The position numbers were made by a program, and so were the translations under genes. Positions 26,362 to 36,361 of a DNA stretch of 64,000 nt are shown piece by piece. Every line of letters starts with the position of its first letter. Position 1 is the first letter of the stretch. Source of the DNA: an uncultured Syntrophaceae bacterium (GTDB lineage Bacteria; Desulfobacterota; Syntrophia; Syntrophales; UBA8958). The stretch is taken from NCBI GenBank assembly GCA_964492965.1, contig CAZBME010000010.1, positions 11,031-75,030 of the forward strand, written 5' to 3'. The notes under the pieces were generated by a model that saw only the letters and a program-made list of their open reading frames with translations, did not search any database and was not told the DNA's origin.

Positions 26362-27711
26362 CTACTTTTTCTTGTTGTCCCACCTTTCCGATACCCATCT
26401 GGCCGCTTCTTGCTTCGTTGAAATTTCCCCATTGAGCTGGGCATCCTCCACGGACTGAAGGATTTCCTTGAACAACGGACCGGCGGCAAGCCCCATGGCC
26501 AAAAGATCGTGCCCGGACAGGAGCCTGGGCGGACGGAGTTCATCCGCCGGCAGCGTTGCCAGGGCATCCCGGCAGAATTCATAATGGTCCAGCATGCCGT
26601 GGCTACCGAGACAGTCCAGACGGTGCAGGGCCAGGTGAAGGTCGAAATCGGGCAGGCGCAAGAAACGCTTCAGGGTGCTTGGCCGCATCTGCCGGACATG
26701 CATGAACCGCATGTGGTACTCAATCAAAGCCAGGATAACCGCCATGTCGGCCCCGGAAAACTTCAGCCGCCGGAGGACCGTTGCCGCAATTTTTGTTCCC
26801 TTCTCGACATGCCCGTAGAAATGAACGCCTTTTTCATCTTCCGAACGCGTGACGGCCTTCCCTATGTCGTGGAGAACCACCGCCCAGGCGAGTCGATGAT
26901 CGGCGTCCTTTTCCCCGTTCTCTGCATGCAAGGCATCGAGCATCAGTAGTGTGTGTTCCCAGACGTCCCCTTCGGGATGAAAAGCCGGGGGTTGTTCAAC
27001 GCCTCTCATTGCTTCCACTTCGGGCAGCAGCTCCCGGAGGAGGCCGGAGGCGTGCAGCAGTTCCATCCCCCGGCGCGCCCCGGGTCGTTTCAGGAGTTTG
27101 GACAATTCCTCCCGGATACGTTCGGCGCTGATTTTTCTTATGGAGGGGGCATTTTTCAGAATGGCGTTGAAGGTGGCCCGTTCCATTTCGAAGTCGAGAT
27201 TGGCGGCGAACCGGACAGCGCGCAGCATCCGGAGATGATCCTCCGCGAAACGTTGTTCCGGGTTGCCGATTGTCCGGATGATCTTTTTACGGATGTCGGC
27301 AAGACCATCGACATCGTCGATGATATCGCCGGTTTCCGGATCCATGGCCAGGCCGTTCACGGTAAAGTCGCGCCTGTGTACATCTTCCCTAAGAGAGCTG
27401 AAGGAGACCCGCGAGGGTCGGCGTCCATCGGTATAACCGTCTTCCGTCCGGTAGGTCGCCACCTCGAAGCTCTTGCCGCCCTCCACCACAAGTACGACGC
27501 CAAAGCTGACCCCCACGGGAACTGTAACGGAAAAGAGTGTTTGAACCTCTTCCGGCCGGGCGGAGGTCACAATATCATAATCGCCGGGTTCCCGGCCGAG
27601 GACGAGATCACGGATACAGCCCCCGACGAAATAGGCCTCATGACCGGCTTCGCGTAGGCGGCGAACGATGCCGTTTGCGTGATCTCGATATGTTTTGCCG
27701 ATATTATTCAT
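26362..27711 (-). CDS. cca: CCA-adding tRNA nucleotidyltransferase with HD domain
   Basis: Carries YFVGGCIRDLVLGREPGDYDIVT, the RRDFTVNGLA motif and an HD domain (VLHDIGK). Confidence 0.9.
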   Translation of the reverse strand: MNNIGKTYRDHANGIVRRLREAGHEAYFVGGCIRDLVLGREPGDYDIVTSARPEEVQTLFSVTVPVGVSFGVVLVVEGGKSFEVATYRTEDGYTDGRRPSRVSFSSLREDVHRRDFTVNGLAMDPETGDIIDDVDGLADIRKKIIRTIGNPEQRFAEDHLRMLRAVRFAANLDFEMERATFNAILKNAPSIRKISAERIREELSKLLKRPGARRGMELLHASGLLRELLPEVEAMRGVEQPPAFHPEGDVWEHTLLMLDALHAENGEKDADHRLAWAVVLHDIGKAVTRSEDEKGVHFYGHVEKGTKIAATVLRRLKFSGADMAVILALIEYHMRFMHVRQMRPSTLKRFLRLPDFDLHLALHRLDCLGSHGMLDHYEFCRDALATLPADELRPPRLLSGHDLLAMGLAAGPLFKEILQSVEDAQLNGEISTKQEAARWVSERWDNKKK

Positions 27712-28006
27712 TTTTCACAGTCGAAGAATTTTGCTTCTTGCCGAAGCGGTTTGTTAAGAAAAAACCGGCGGCGACCATTACCAGGCTCAAGACAAGTAAC
27801 GTGATGTCCATGCGGCCCCCTTTTGAGTAAAAGAACAGGTAAAAGGCGGGAAACAAAAGAATAAGGCCGAAAACCAGAAGAAATATTCCTGCAATCTGGT
27901 ATAATAGCACCGCGATACTCATCCCGGATTCCCTTTTCATCCGGAGGATCACGAAAAGAACAATGGGAATCAGGATCATAAGAATGATCATCACCTCAAG
28001 GGCCAT
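27704..28006 (-). CDS. Small membrane protein (three predicted TM segments)
   Basis: 100-aa hydrophobic ORF. It overlaps the cca start by 8 nt on the same strand. Confidence 0.6.
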   Translation of the reverse strand: MALEVMIILMILIPIVLFVILRMKRESGMSIAVLLYQIAGIFLLVFGLILLFPAFYLFFYSKGGRMDITLLVLSLVMVAAGFFLTNRFGKKQNSSTVKNE

Positions 28007-28040
28007 ATAATCTTTTCCCCTTTTCTCCCGGAGGGTTACA

Positions 28041-28358
28041 ATGGGACATCAAATAATCGTTGTGATATCGAGCTTGGTCGCTGCCGCCTGTTTCTATCTT
28101 GTGTATATGGCCTATGAAGCCCAAGATCACGGCGGCCTGTGGTTTTTTGCGGCATTCGGCCTGATGTTCGCCGCTCTGCCCCTGGCGGACATCGGGAAAC
28201 GCCTTACCAGAAAGAAATTCCCCCGTCTTTATGACCGAATCGCCGGCAAGGAGAAAGCCCGCGCAACGTTTGTGCCACACTGGCAAATGATGTCCATGAT
28301 CGTCATTGCCGTCGTTGCCATTCTCTTATCGATATCCATTCCCCTTCTTTTAAAATGA
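28041..28358 (+). CDS. Small membrane protein (three predicted TM segments)
   Basis: 105-aa ORF with RBS GGAGGG 6 nt upstream. It is divergent from the previous gene, with only 34 bp between the two start codons. Confidence 0.6.
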   Translation: MGHQIIVVISSLVAAACFYLVYMAYEAQDHGGLWFFAAFGLMFAALPLADIGKRLTRKKFPRLYDRIAGKEKARATFVPHWQMMSMIVIAVVAILLSISIPLLLK

Positions 28359-28388
28359 AGGGGAGCGCTTCACGGACAACATCCACGG

Positions 28389-29108
28389 TTACGGCAAGCG
28401 CGGCTCAAACGAAGCGGCCACTTTTTCAAACACCTTCTTATAACGTTCCATGATGTCCTCCGGTGCGGTGTAGTTCAACACATAGAAGCCTTTCCTGGCG
28501 GGGACAACGATGAATTGCCGGGCCATGGCCACCTTTTTGGAAGGCTGAGCGATTTCATATACGAGGCCTTCTTTCATGGGAGGGGGATCCCATGCGGGCA
28601 GGTAGATCAGCTCAAATGTTTCAATTTGAAATTGTTTCGCGACTCGTCCGGCAATCGTCGTATCATGGATGACCGCCTGCTTGTCGTAATCAATGCGCAC
28701 GATGGAATTCAATTGGTTGCGGATGAAGGCCTCATCGGTCGCAAAGATCCCGTCACCGCCGTAAAACAGGACGGATATGGTTATCGGCGCACCGTCTTTA
28801 TTCTTGGGGCCGATCAGCCTGATGCCGGATATCCGGGTCAGGTCGCCATAAGGATGATCTTTCTCGATCTTCTTCCAATTCAGGGGAATCGCTATGGTGA
28901 AGGAATCCCCCTGGGAGGTGTATGATTCGTATTGCCCGGAGATGGGAATTTCATTTTTTTCGATAGGGTCCTGCGTTCTTATGGTTTGGTTTTCATTCGC
29001 AGCCAGGAACTTGCCGCCGGCGCAATAGGCAGGGATTCCCGAAACGGCCAGCCAGGATAGCGTGATAATACCCGCGATGATCACCACTTTTTTCATACGT
29101 TCACTCAC
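28389..29108 (-). CDS. Secreted hypothetical protein
   Basis: 239 aa with a signal peptide (MKKVVIIAGIITLSWLAVSGIPAYCAG). ATGA-type overlap with the thiD stop. Confidence 0.65.
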   Translation of the reverse strand: MSERMKKVVIIAGIITLSWLAVSGIPAYCAGGKFLAANENQTIRTQDPIEKNEIPISGQYESYTSQGDSFTIAIPLNWKKIEKDHPYGDLTRISGIRLIGPKNKDGAPITISVLFYGGDGIFATDEAFIRNQLNSIVRIDYDKQAVIHDTTIAGRVAKQFQIETFELIYLPAWDPPPMKEGLVYEIAQPSKKVAMARQFIVVPARKGFYVLNYTAPEDIMERYKKVFEKVAASFEPRLP

Positions 29109-29917
29109 AAAAGCAGGGCATGCTTCTCCAGTAGCGGGGCGAGGTGGTTCGTCGGCCCATGGCCGCCGCCCAGGCGCAGGGCATGCCTAATGGCGGAAGC
29201 GACATATTTTTCCGCCTCTTCGACGGCTTCGAGAACCGATTTTCCCATGGCCAGGCCCGTTGTGATGGCGGCGGCATAGGTGCACCCAGTCCCGTGGGTG
29301 TCTTTCGTCGGAACCCGCTCAAAGGGAAACTCATAGAAATCACGGCCATCATACAGGAGGTCCACAGCGCCTTCGATCAGATGGCCCCCCTTGATGACGA
29401 CATGCTTCGCTCCCATGTCGTAAATCATCTTAGCCGCCGCCTTCATATCCGAGGGAGATGCGATGATGACATCCGTCAGGACTTCCGCCTCAGGGATATT
29501 GGGCGTGACAACCATGGACAGGGGAAGCAGTTCCCGGCTCAGGATCTCCCTGGCCTCGCGCCTGATCAGGCTCGCGCCTCCTTTGGCAACCATGACGGGA
29601 TCGACGACCAGCTTTTCTACTTTATATTGGCGGATTTTCTCCACGACTACGCGAAGAATCTCCACAGATGCCAGCATCCCCGTTTTTGCCGCATCGATTC
29701 CGATGTCGGACGCCACGGCATCGAACTGGGCCGAGATAAAATCCGGCGGTACTTCGTGAATGGCGTGGACACCGAGGGTGTTCTGGGCCGTCAGGGCGGT
29801 GATGACACTCATCCCGAAGCCTCCCATAACCGTGATGGTTTTCAAATCGGCCTGAATGCCGGCTCCGCCGCCGGAATCGGAGCCCGCGATGGTCAAAACC
29901 CTTGCAATGGTCATCAT
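29105..29917 (-). CDS. thiD: Hydroxymethylpyrimidine/phosphomethylpyrimidine kinase
   Basis: Carries LTIAGSDSGGGAGIQADLKT, VVDPVMVAKGG and THGTGCTYAAAIT. Confidence 0.92.
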   Translation of the reverse strand: MMTIARVLTIAGSDSGGGAGIQADLKTITVMGGFGMSVITALTAQNTLGVHAIHEVPPDFISAQFDAVASDIGIDAAKTGMLASVEILRVVVEKIRQYKVEKLVVDPVMVAKGGASLIRREAREILSRELLPLSMVVTPNIPEAEVLTDVIIASPSDMKAAAKMIYDMGAKHVVIKGGHLIEGAVDLLYDGRDFYEFPFERVPTKDTHGTGCTYAAAITTGLAMGKSVLEAVEEAEKYVASAIRHALRLGGGHGPTNHLAPLLEKHALLL

Positions 29918-29924
29918 GTGCCTT

Positions 29925-30596
29925 TCATGAGGGGAAAATACCCGGCCGGAAATACCGGATCACGACCAGGGAGCCCGATTCGATAACAATGGTGGCTGTT
30001 TCCGAAATCAGGCGGTTGCTCACACCGAGGGGCTTTTCCATGGACAGGGTCCCTTCTTCCAGGGGATATTCAAAGCCGGTAAGCGTTACGCCTTTTGCCG
30101 TACCCATCAAGGGCAGAAGGGACACGGTTTGCCCAATGTCGCCTTTTATTGTACAGGTGTCCGTTGCGAGAAGCACCTCGCACCATTCATCCACCAATTT
30201 AACGGGGATTTTCTTTGCCGTGCCCTTCAAGAGGAGCGACAGGTTGGCCAGGGTGTGATCAATCCTGAAACCCAGGGCCCCAAATACCCAGACCCCGGAA
30301 GGGTTCAGGTCAAGCGCCGCATCCAGGGCCAATTCCGTGTCCGTTTCGTCCTTGCCGGTGGGATGGCGGCGGATGACGGCCCCTCGGGCGGCAAAGGCAT
30401 CGAGAAGATCGGGAGAGACCGAATCCATGTCTCCGACGATCATGTGAGGAATGACGCCAAGGGCGTGGGCATGGCGGGCGCCGCCGTCGGCGCAGATAAT
30501 CGCGGCGGGAGATATGTCGCTGATCCGGGACCGGAGGTCTTCGAGATCCCCTATCTGGCCGCCTGTTATAATAAGTACCGGTTTATCCTTTGACAC
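29925..30596 (-). CDS. Thiamine diphosphokinase (thiamine pyrophosphokinase)
   Basis: 223 aa with ICADGGA, VGDMDS and GKDETDTELAL, plus the C-terminal thiamin-binding beta domain. Confidence 0.8.
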   Translation of the reverse strand: MSKDKPVLIITGGQIGDLEDLRSRISDISPAAIICADGGARHAHALGVIPHMIVGDMDSVSPDLLDAFAARGAVIRRHPTGKDETDTELALDAALDLNPSGVWVFGALGFRIDHTLANLSLLLKGTAKKIPVKLVDEWCEVLLATDTCTIKGDIGQTVSLLPLMGTAKGVTLTGFEYPLEEGTLSMEKPLGVSNRLISETATIVIESGSLVVIRYFRPGIFPS

Positions 30597-31473
30597 TTCT
30601 CCAGTTTCCCGAGTTGATCTGCGACATGCCTTTTACGTTCGATTCCGTCAGATACGACCAGGCCAGACAGGTCTTGCCGTCCGGCATCGTCACCCTGACA
30701 ATCGCCCGGCGGAAAAAGATCTTAGATGCCAGGTGACGATCGGACATTTCCATAAAGTCAAGTTTTTCGAAGGCCCTTTTAAAATTTTCGAGGACATAGA
30801 GCTCCCCCGTGACGGCGTTCTGCCCTGTCATGTCCGGGATCATGCAGGGAAACTCCTTGCCGCTGTTATAGAGTAAACCCGGGGCCGTTGCTTCGACCTT
30901 CGACGACAGATCCGCCCATTCGCCCAGCATGAAATGACGCGGGCCGCCGCTCATCAACGTACCGTAAACAAACAGGTAATCAATCGAGCAGGGCGGGACT
31001 TCGCCCTCCGCTATCGGGGTCAGGAAACAGTCGTTAATGCCATGCGACTTCAGCCCTTCCCGGACAACGCCCAGGTAGTCGGGATGGGGCTTCACAAAAT
31101 CCCCGGTCGTGTGGGCGCTGTCGACATGATAGGCCACAGACAGATGTTCCTGCCCGTCTTCCGTCAGGGTAATGCTGTCAAGATGTTTATACCTATTCTC
31201 CTCAGTGCCTTTGGCGTCCAGAACGGACCAGCCGCCCGGAAGGACCCTGAACAAAACGCCGGGCGTGACCTGTCCTGCCTGATACCTGATGTTGAGCATG
31301 CCTCCCTCGCGGCTTGGCGAATAGTAATTGAAGATCAGTCTTGTATCGGGCAGATAGGCATTGGCCACCTTTTCTCCAAGAGGATAGGCATAACCCCGTT
31401 GCCGGCACCATCGGGTCAGGTCTGCGGCATTCAGATTTGAACCATAAGCAAAATATAGCAGATTGTGTTTCAT
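30583..31473 (-). CDS. Tandem gamma-glutamylcyclotransferase-like (AIG2/GGCT) domain protein
   Basis: Two GGCT-type starts occur in one 296-aa ORF: LLYFAYGSNLN... and YLFVYGTLMSGG... Confidence 0.7.
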   Translation of the reverse strand: MKHNLLYFAYGSNLNAADLTRWCRQRGYAYPLGEKVANAYLPDTRLIFNYYSPSREGGMLNIRYQAGQVTPGVLFRVLPGGWSVLDAKGTEENRYKHLDSITLTEDGQEHLSVAYHVDSAHTTGDFVKPHPDYLGVVREGLKSHGINDCFLTPIAEGEVPPCSIDYLFVYGTLMSGGPRHFMLGEWADLSSKVEATAPGLLYNSGKEFPCMIPDMTGQNAVTGELYVLENFKRAFEKLDFMEMSDRHLASKIFFRRAIVRVTMPDGKTCLAWSYLTESNVKGMSQINSGNWRSVKG

Positions 31474-31534
31474 ATACTCAAATCATGACCAATAGCGGTT
31501 AAAACATCGCCTGTGACGGACATGCTTATCATAT

Positions 31535-32299
31535 TCAGGGTAAGCCGAACAGCGCCCTGGCATTGTTGGAGGTTGCGCGTCCCACCTCTTCACAAGGGAT
31601 TCCCTTGATGGCTGCCACCTGTTGCGCCGTGTGGATCACATAGGCCGGCTCATTGCGCTTGCCCCGGTTCGGGTGGGGGGCAAGATACGGGGCATCCGTT
31701 TCAATGAGCAGACGCTCCAGGGGAACATGCCGGACGACCTCCTGCAGCTTCTCCGATTTATTATAAGTGACCGGACCGGCAATGGAAATATGTAAACCCA
31801 TGTCCAGACAGGTTTGCGCCATGGCAACATCCCCGGAAAAACAGTGGATCACGCCGCCCCGCGTTCCTTTCCACCCCTTGAGCATGTCTAACGTCTCGGC
31901 ATGGGCGTCCCGGTCATGGATGATGAACGGCAAATCCACCTCCTCGGCCATCCGGAGCTGCTCCTCAAAGCGTTTGATTTGTAGCGCCCTGGGTGAATGA
32001 TTGCGGAAAAAATCGAGACCGATCTCTCCCCATGCGACTACCTTTTCATGCCCGGCCATGATTTTGAGCTGGCCGTAAGTCGCCTCGACAATCCCTTTCG
32101 CGTCATGGGGATGAATCCCGATGGCGGCATACACGCAGGGGTACTGCTCCGCCAGGAGAACGGCTTTCCGGCAATCGGGCAAGGTGGTTCCTACCGTAAT
32201 GATATAATCAATTCCGGCATCAACGGCCCTGGCCACGACATCGGGACAGTCGTGATCGAATTCCCGCATTTCCAGATGGGCGTGTGAATCAACAAACAT
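31535..32299 (-). CDS. TatD-family metal-dependent hydrolase/DNase
   Basis: Carries MFVDSHAHL, GEIGLDF, IIHDRDAH, IHCFSG and ETDAPYL. Confidence 0.9.
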   Translation of the reverse strand: MFVDSHAHLEMREFDHDCPDVVARAVDAGIDYIITVGTTLPDCRKAVLLAEQYPCVYAAIGIHPHDAKGIVEATYGQLKIMAGHEKVVAWGEIGLDFFRNHSPRALQIKRFEEQLRMAEEVDLPFIIHDRDAHAETLDMLKGWKGTRGGVIHCFSGDVAMAQTCLDMGLHISIAGPVTYNKSEKLQEVVRHVPLERLLIETDAPYLAPHPNRGKRNEPAYVIHTAQQVAAIKGIPCEEVGRATSNNARALFGLP

Positions 32300-32319
32300 G
32301 GAGAATCAGAAAGGAGAAT

Positions 32320-32490
32320 CTATTTTTTGTATTCCAGGGTAACGGTGATTTCTTCGGCGTTGTAGGATGCATCAGGAAGGCTGTTCAGATAGTCCTTCAG
32401 GGTCTCCTCCGTTATTTCTCCGCTAAGTATCCGTTTCTGGATGATTCGTTTATCCGGATTGCCCGTATAAAGAACGGGTTTCTTGCTCAT
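32320..32490 (-). CDS. Small conserved-looking hypothetical protein (56 aa)
   Basis: ATG 32490 (MSKKPVLYTGNPDKRI...) lies 7 nt behind GAGGAGG. The ORF-track start at 32520 lacks an RBS. Confidence 0.5.
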   Translation of the reverse strand: MSKKPVLYTGNPDKRIIQKRILSGEITEETLKDYLNSLPDASYNAEEITVTLEYKK

Positions 32491-32725
32491 GCCATAACCT
32501 CCTCGATTCAGAGTGCTCAATTTTTAAACACGCTGTTGTCTTTAGATTAAAATAACCAAACCTGTCAACCTCTTTTACGGCCCATCCTATGGGAGATCCC
32601 GTCAGGTTTACAATTGTATTTCATTGCAAAATGACATAGGATGCCCCTACCTGCGGGTGCACATCATATCGACTTCGGCGAAAAACAGGTTCCCTGCATC
32701 CATAATATATGAAAGGGGATTTTAT

Positions 32726-34528
32726 ATGAATCCATATCAACTCGATAAGCCCGACAATCTGATTGATCTGATTGAGGAAAGTGTCTCTAAGTTTGCCGAA
32801 AGAAGAATGATCGGCACGAAAAATAAAGCCGGCGCCTATGAATGGGTGACCTATAAGGAAATCGGCCACCGGATTAATCATCTCCGGGCGGGGCTTGCCC
32901 AGCTTGGCGTAGGCAGTGGCGATGCTGTCGGCGTTATCGCCAATAACCGCAAAGAATGGATCATCGCCGCCTTTGCCACCTATGGCCGTTTGGCCCGTTT
33001 TGTTCCCATGTACGAGGCGGAACTTGTCCAAACCTGGAAATACATCATTGCCGACAGCCAGATAAAAGTGCTTTTGGTTTCAAAGACGGAAATATATGAA
33101 AAAATAAAGGATTTTCCAAAGGAGATCCCCACGCTGCAGAACATCTTTATTATAGAAGACACGGGGGATCGATCCATGGCCGCCCTGGAGAATCTGGGCG
33201 AAGCCCATCCCGTGGACGCCCAGCGGCCATCTCCCGACGATATTGCCGGTTTGATCTATACATCGGGAACGACGGGAAATCCGAAAGGCGTCCTGCTGTC
33301 TCATGCCAATTTCACAAGCAATACCCTGGCCGGCCTGAAAAAGTATCCCGAACTGGTCAACAGCGAGCAGGCCCTGACCCTGGCCATTCTTCCCTGGGCC
33401 CATTCCTACGGACAGACAGGTGAGCTTTATGCCCTCATCCGTATCGGCGGCGCCTTGGGCCTGGCGGAAAGTCCCACCACGATTGCCAATGACATCGCTC
33501 TGGTCAAGCCGAACTGGCTGGTCGCCGTTCCCCGGGTTTTCAACCGGATATACGACGGCCTGTGGGCCAAAATGAACAAGGAAGGCGGCCTTGCCAAAAG
33601 CCTGTTCGTCATGGGTGTCGAATCGGCCAAAAAGAAAAGGGAACTGGCCGAGAAGGGCCAAACGGATTTCATGACCAATCTCAAGTTCAAGATCGCCGAC
33701 AAGATCGTTTTCCAGAAAGTCCGCGATCGTCTGGGCGGGCGGCTGATGGGGGCCATGAGCGGCAGCGCTGCGATGAACCCGACCATTGCACAATTCTTCT
33801 TCGATATCGGGATCCCCATTTATGACTGTTATGGCCTCACGGAAACCTCACCGGCGGCGACCATGAATGCCTCCTATGCCTACCGCCTGGGAAGCGTCGG
33901 CCAGCCCGTCGATAAAGTTAAGATCGTTATCGATGCCTCCGTAGCCGAGGAGGGGGCAAAAGATGGGGAAATCATCATCTACGGACCCAATGTGATGAAA
34001 GGCTATCACAACAGGCCGGAGGAAACCCATGCGGTCATGACGCCCGATGGCGGTTTTCGCACCGGCGACCGGGGGCGTCTGGATAAAGACGGTTACCTGT
34101 ATATTACGGGCCGCATCAAGGAACAGTACAAGCTGGAGAATGGAAAATTCGTCTTTCCCGCCGCCCTGGAAGAAGATATCTGCCTTATACCCTATGTCCA
34201 GCAGGCGGTTATTTATGGCGAAAACCGTCCGTTCAATATCTGTATCATCGTTCCCGACTTCGAGGTTCTCCAGGGTTATGCCAAGGATAAGGGATTGCCG
34301 ACAGCCATTGCGACACTCGTAGAGAGGCAGGACATTGTCGATATGGTCGGCAGCTTGATTACCCATGCCTTGAAAGGCAAATACGGCGGCTATGAGATTC
34401 CGAAAAAGTTCCTGCTCCTGCCGGAACCTTTCAGCCTGGAAAACGGCACACTCACCCAGACGATGAAGCTCAAGCGTCCCGTTGTCCTGAAAAATCTGAA
34501 GGATAAAATCGAGGCGTTGTATAAATAA
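32726..34528 (+). CDS. Long-chain-fatty-acid--CoA ligase (AMP-forming)
   Basis: ATG 32726 lies behind GAAAGGGGA. The AMP-binding motif is IYTSGTTGNPKGVLLSH. It also carries YGLTETS, and TGDRG...ITGRIKE. Confidence 0.9.
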   Translation: MNPYQLDKPDNLIDLIEESVSKFAERRMIGTKNKAGAYEWVTYKEIGHRINHLRAGLAQLGVGSGDAVGVIANNRKEWIIAAFATYGRLARFVPMYEAELVQTWKYIIADSQIKVLLVSKTEIYEKIKDFPKEIPTLQNIFIIEDTGDRSMAALENLGEAHPVDAQRPSPDDIAGLIYTSGTTGNPKGVLLSHANFTSNTLAGLKKYPELVNSEQALTLAILPWAHSYGQTGELYALIRIGGALGLAESPTTIANDIALVKPNWLVAVPRVFNRIYDGLWAKMNKEGGLAKSLFVMGVESAKKKRELAEKGQTDFMTNLKFKIADKIVFQKVRDRLGGRLMGAMSGSAAMNPTIAQFFFDIGIPIYDCYGLTETSPAATMNASYAYRLGSVGQPVDKVKIVIDASVAEEGAKDGEIIIYGPNVMKGYHNRPEETHAVMTPDGGFRTGDRGRLDKDGYLYITGRIKEQYKLENGKFVFPAALEEDICLIPYVQQAVIYGENRPFNICIIVPDFEVLQGYAKDKGLPTAIATLVERQDIVDMVGSLITHALKGKYGGYEIPKKFLLLPEPFSLENGTLTQTMKLKRPVVLKNLKDKIEALYK

Positions 34529-34538
34529 GTTGATGTTG

Positions 34539-34571
34539 CCGGGGGAGGAAAACGGTGATTTCCTCCCCCGG
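34539..34571 (+). other. Perfect 13-bp GC-rich stem-loop between the fadD-like and acetyltransferase genes
   Basis: CCGGGGGAGGAAA (34539-34551) pairs with TTTCCTCCCCCGG (34559-34571) around a 7-nt loop. No U-tract follows. Confidence 0.6.
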
Positions 34572-34590
34572 TCCCTTAAAGGAGCCATTG

Positions 34591-35313
34591 ATGGGGTTGA
34601 TTATCGACCTGACGCTTGAAGAAATTAAAGCCATTTTTGATGACGGCCTCGATGCCGCAGGAACGCAGCGGATACTCAAAATCCTCGACGGGCCGCCTTA
34701 CGCCAGAGAGCTTCTGGAAGAACTTGCCCTTTACAGCGAACTTCTCCCGCTGGGACAGGAGAATCCCTTTACCCGGGAACAACGCTACCTGCATTTCCTC
34801 TGGGACGCTTTCGACAAGCTTCCCATTTGTCTATACGCAACATTCGGCATCCTCTTCCGCAGGCTCATCGCCGAGCGTCTTTTCAGGAAGTGCGGCGCCG
34901 GATTCATTGCCGAAGAACATTGCCGCTTCAACTTCGGGCAAAATATCGAAGTAGGCGATTTCGTATTCTTCAATCGCGGCGTGTTCGTCGATTCAAAAGG
35001 CGGCGTTGCCATTGGCAATCACGTTGCATTGACGGAAAATGTCAATATTTTCACCCACACCCATTCGGAATCCTCTCACATCGTGCGGGAATACCGGCCC
35101 GTTATCATTCGGGACTATGCAAAGATCTATACGGGTGCCACAATCTTTCCCGGTGTGACCATTGGAGAGCAGGCTATCGTTGCCGCCAATTCCCTCGTAA
35201 CAAAAGATGTTCCTCCCAACACCCTGGTGGCCGGTTCGCCCGCTCAGGTCGTTCGGGAAAGGAAGACGGAGGGCAAGGCAGGCGAAGATCTCGACCACCT
35301 CTGGCTTTTCTGA
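34591..35313 (+). CDS. Left-handed beta-helix (hexapeptide-repeat) acyl/acetyltransferase
   Basis: Carries the hexapeptide repeats IGNHVALTENVNIF and IGEQAIVAANSLVTKDVPPNTLVAGSPA. Start placed at ATG 34591 behind AAAGGAG, downstream of the stem-loop. Confidence 0.8.
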   Translation: MGLIIDLTLEEIKAIFDDGLDAAGTQRILKILDGPPYARELLEELALYSELLPLGQENPFTREQRYLHFLWDAFDKLPICLYATFGILFRRLIAERLFRKCGAGFIAEEHCRFNFGQNIEVGDFVFFNRGVFVDSKGGVAIGNHVALTENVNIFTHTHSESSHIVREYRPVIIRDYAKIYTGATIFPGVTIGEQAIVAANSLVTKDVPPNTLVAGSPAQVVRERKTEGKAGEDLDHLWLF

Positions 35314-35431
35314 TCCCGGATGGCTATCCGTTCTAAGAACCCTGTTGTCTTCTAATTGATTAAGAGGTTGTCGCACTTTGTCCTTGACGCCATGCCCTGT
35401 TGTTTTCTAAGATCATATCCAAGAGCCCCTT

Positions 35432-36151
35432 ATGAAAATAAACAAACAGACATTTCTTAAAATCATTATCCTGCTGATCATTGTTGTTCTAAGCACCTAC
35501 GTGTTTATCTATTTCGACCTCCATATTTTCTTTTCGGACCGCAAGCATCTGATCGATTTTGTCGAGTCTTTCGGAGCCCTGTCCGTCGTGGTCTTTATCG
35601 GCCTGCAGATTCTGCAGGTCCTGTTTGCCCCGATTCCCGGTGAAGTAACGGGATTTATCGGGGGCTATATTTACGGATCCGTTCTGGGGACGATTTACTC
35701 CACTATCGGCCTGACCATTGGTTCCTGGCTGGCTTTTGCCCTGGCCCGCTGGCTGGGGCTGCCCTTTGTCGAGAAGGCCGTCAGTTCAAGCATCATCCAA
35801 AAGTATGACTATTTCATGGAGCATCAAGGGAAACTGATCACCTTTATCTTCTTTTTGATCCCCGGATTCCCTAAAGACGCCCTCTGCTATGTCATCGGTT
35901 TGAGCCACATGCCGACGAAAACGTTTCTCCTCGTTTCCGTTGCGGGTCGGTTTCTGGGCACGGCCATGCTTTCCATCAGCGGCGATTTTGCCCGATACGA
36001 CCAGCACGGCGCCCTCTGGATTCTCGTGGCGATCAGTCTGATCAGTTGCGCCATTGCCTTCTTCTATCGCGAAAAATGGCTTCATAAGCTCCGACATAAG
36101 AAACACGCCCACCACGAAAAGTCCTCCCACCATGAGAAACAATCACCTTGA
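35432..36151 (+). CDS. TVP38/TMEM64 (DedA-related) family membrane protein with His-rich tail
   Basis: Carries FAPIPGEVTGFIGGYIYG and LIPGFPKDALCYVIG. The C-terminal tail is HKLRHKKHAHHEKSSHHEK. Confidence 0.8.
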   Translation: MKINKQTFLKIIILLIIVVLSTYVFIYFDLHIFFSDRKHLIDFVESFGALSVVVFIGLQILQVLFAPIPGEVTGFIGGYIYGSVLGTIYSTIGLTIGSWLAFALARWLGLPFVEKAVSSSIIQKYDYFMEHQGKLITFIFFLIPGFPKDALCYVIGLSHMPTKTFLLVSVAGRFLGTAMLSISGDFARYDQHGALWILVAISLISCAIAFFYREKWLHKLRHKKHAHHEKSSHHEKQSP

Positions 36152-36361
36152 AAGAAAGCAAAGCCTTTTAAATCCTCCTTAATTTTCAGGAATAATTCCT
36201 CACAAAAAGGGGAATATTTCCCCAAAAAAACAAAGCCGAAACAAACACAACAATGCTTTGTGCCACGTAAACCATTATATTAATTGTGCTACAGATGGTC
36301 ATGCGGCCTGGCATGCTTTTTGATAATAGAAGAGTAAAATGATGAAAGGAGGTGAATGTAA

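Noticed and set aside
28007-28040. A 34-bp gap between the start codons of two divergent small membrane-protein genes, considered as a possible shared regulatory switch.
   Set aside because: Both RBSs fit in the gap, but no palindrome or promoter hexamers are discernible. The promoters probably lie inside the opposite coding regions, and nothing further can be supported.
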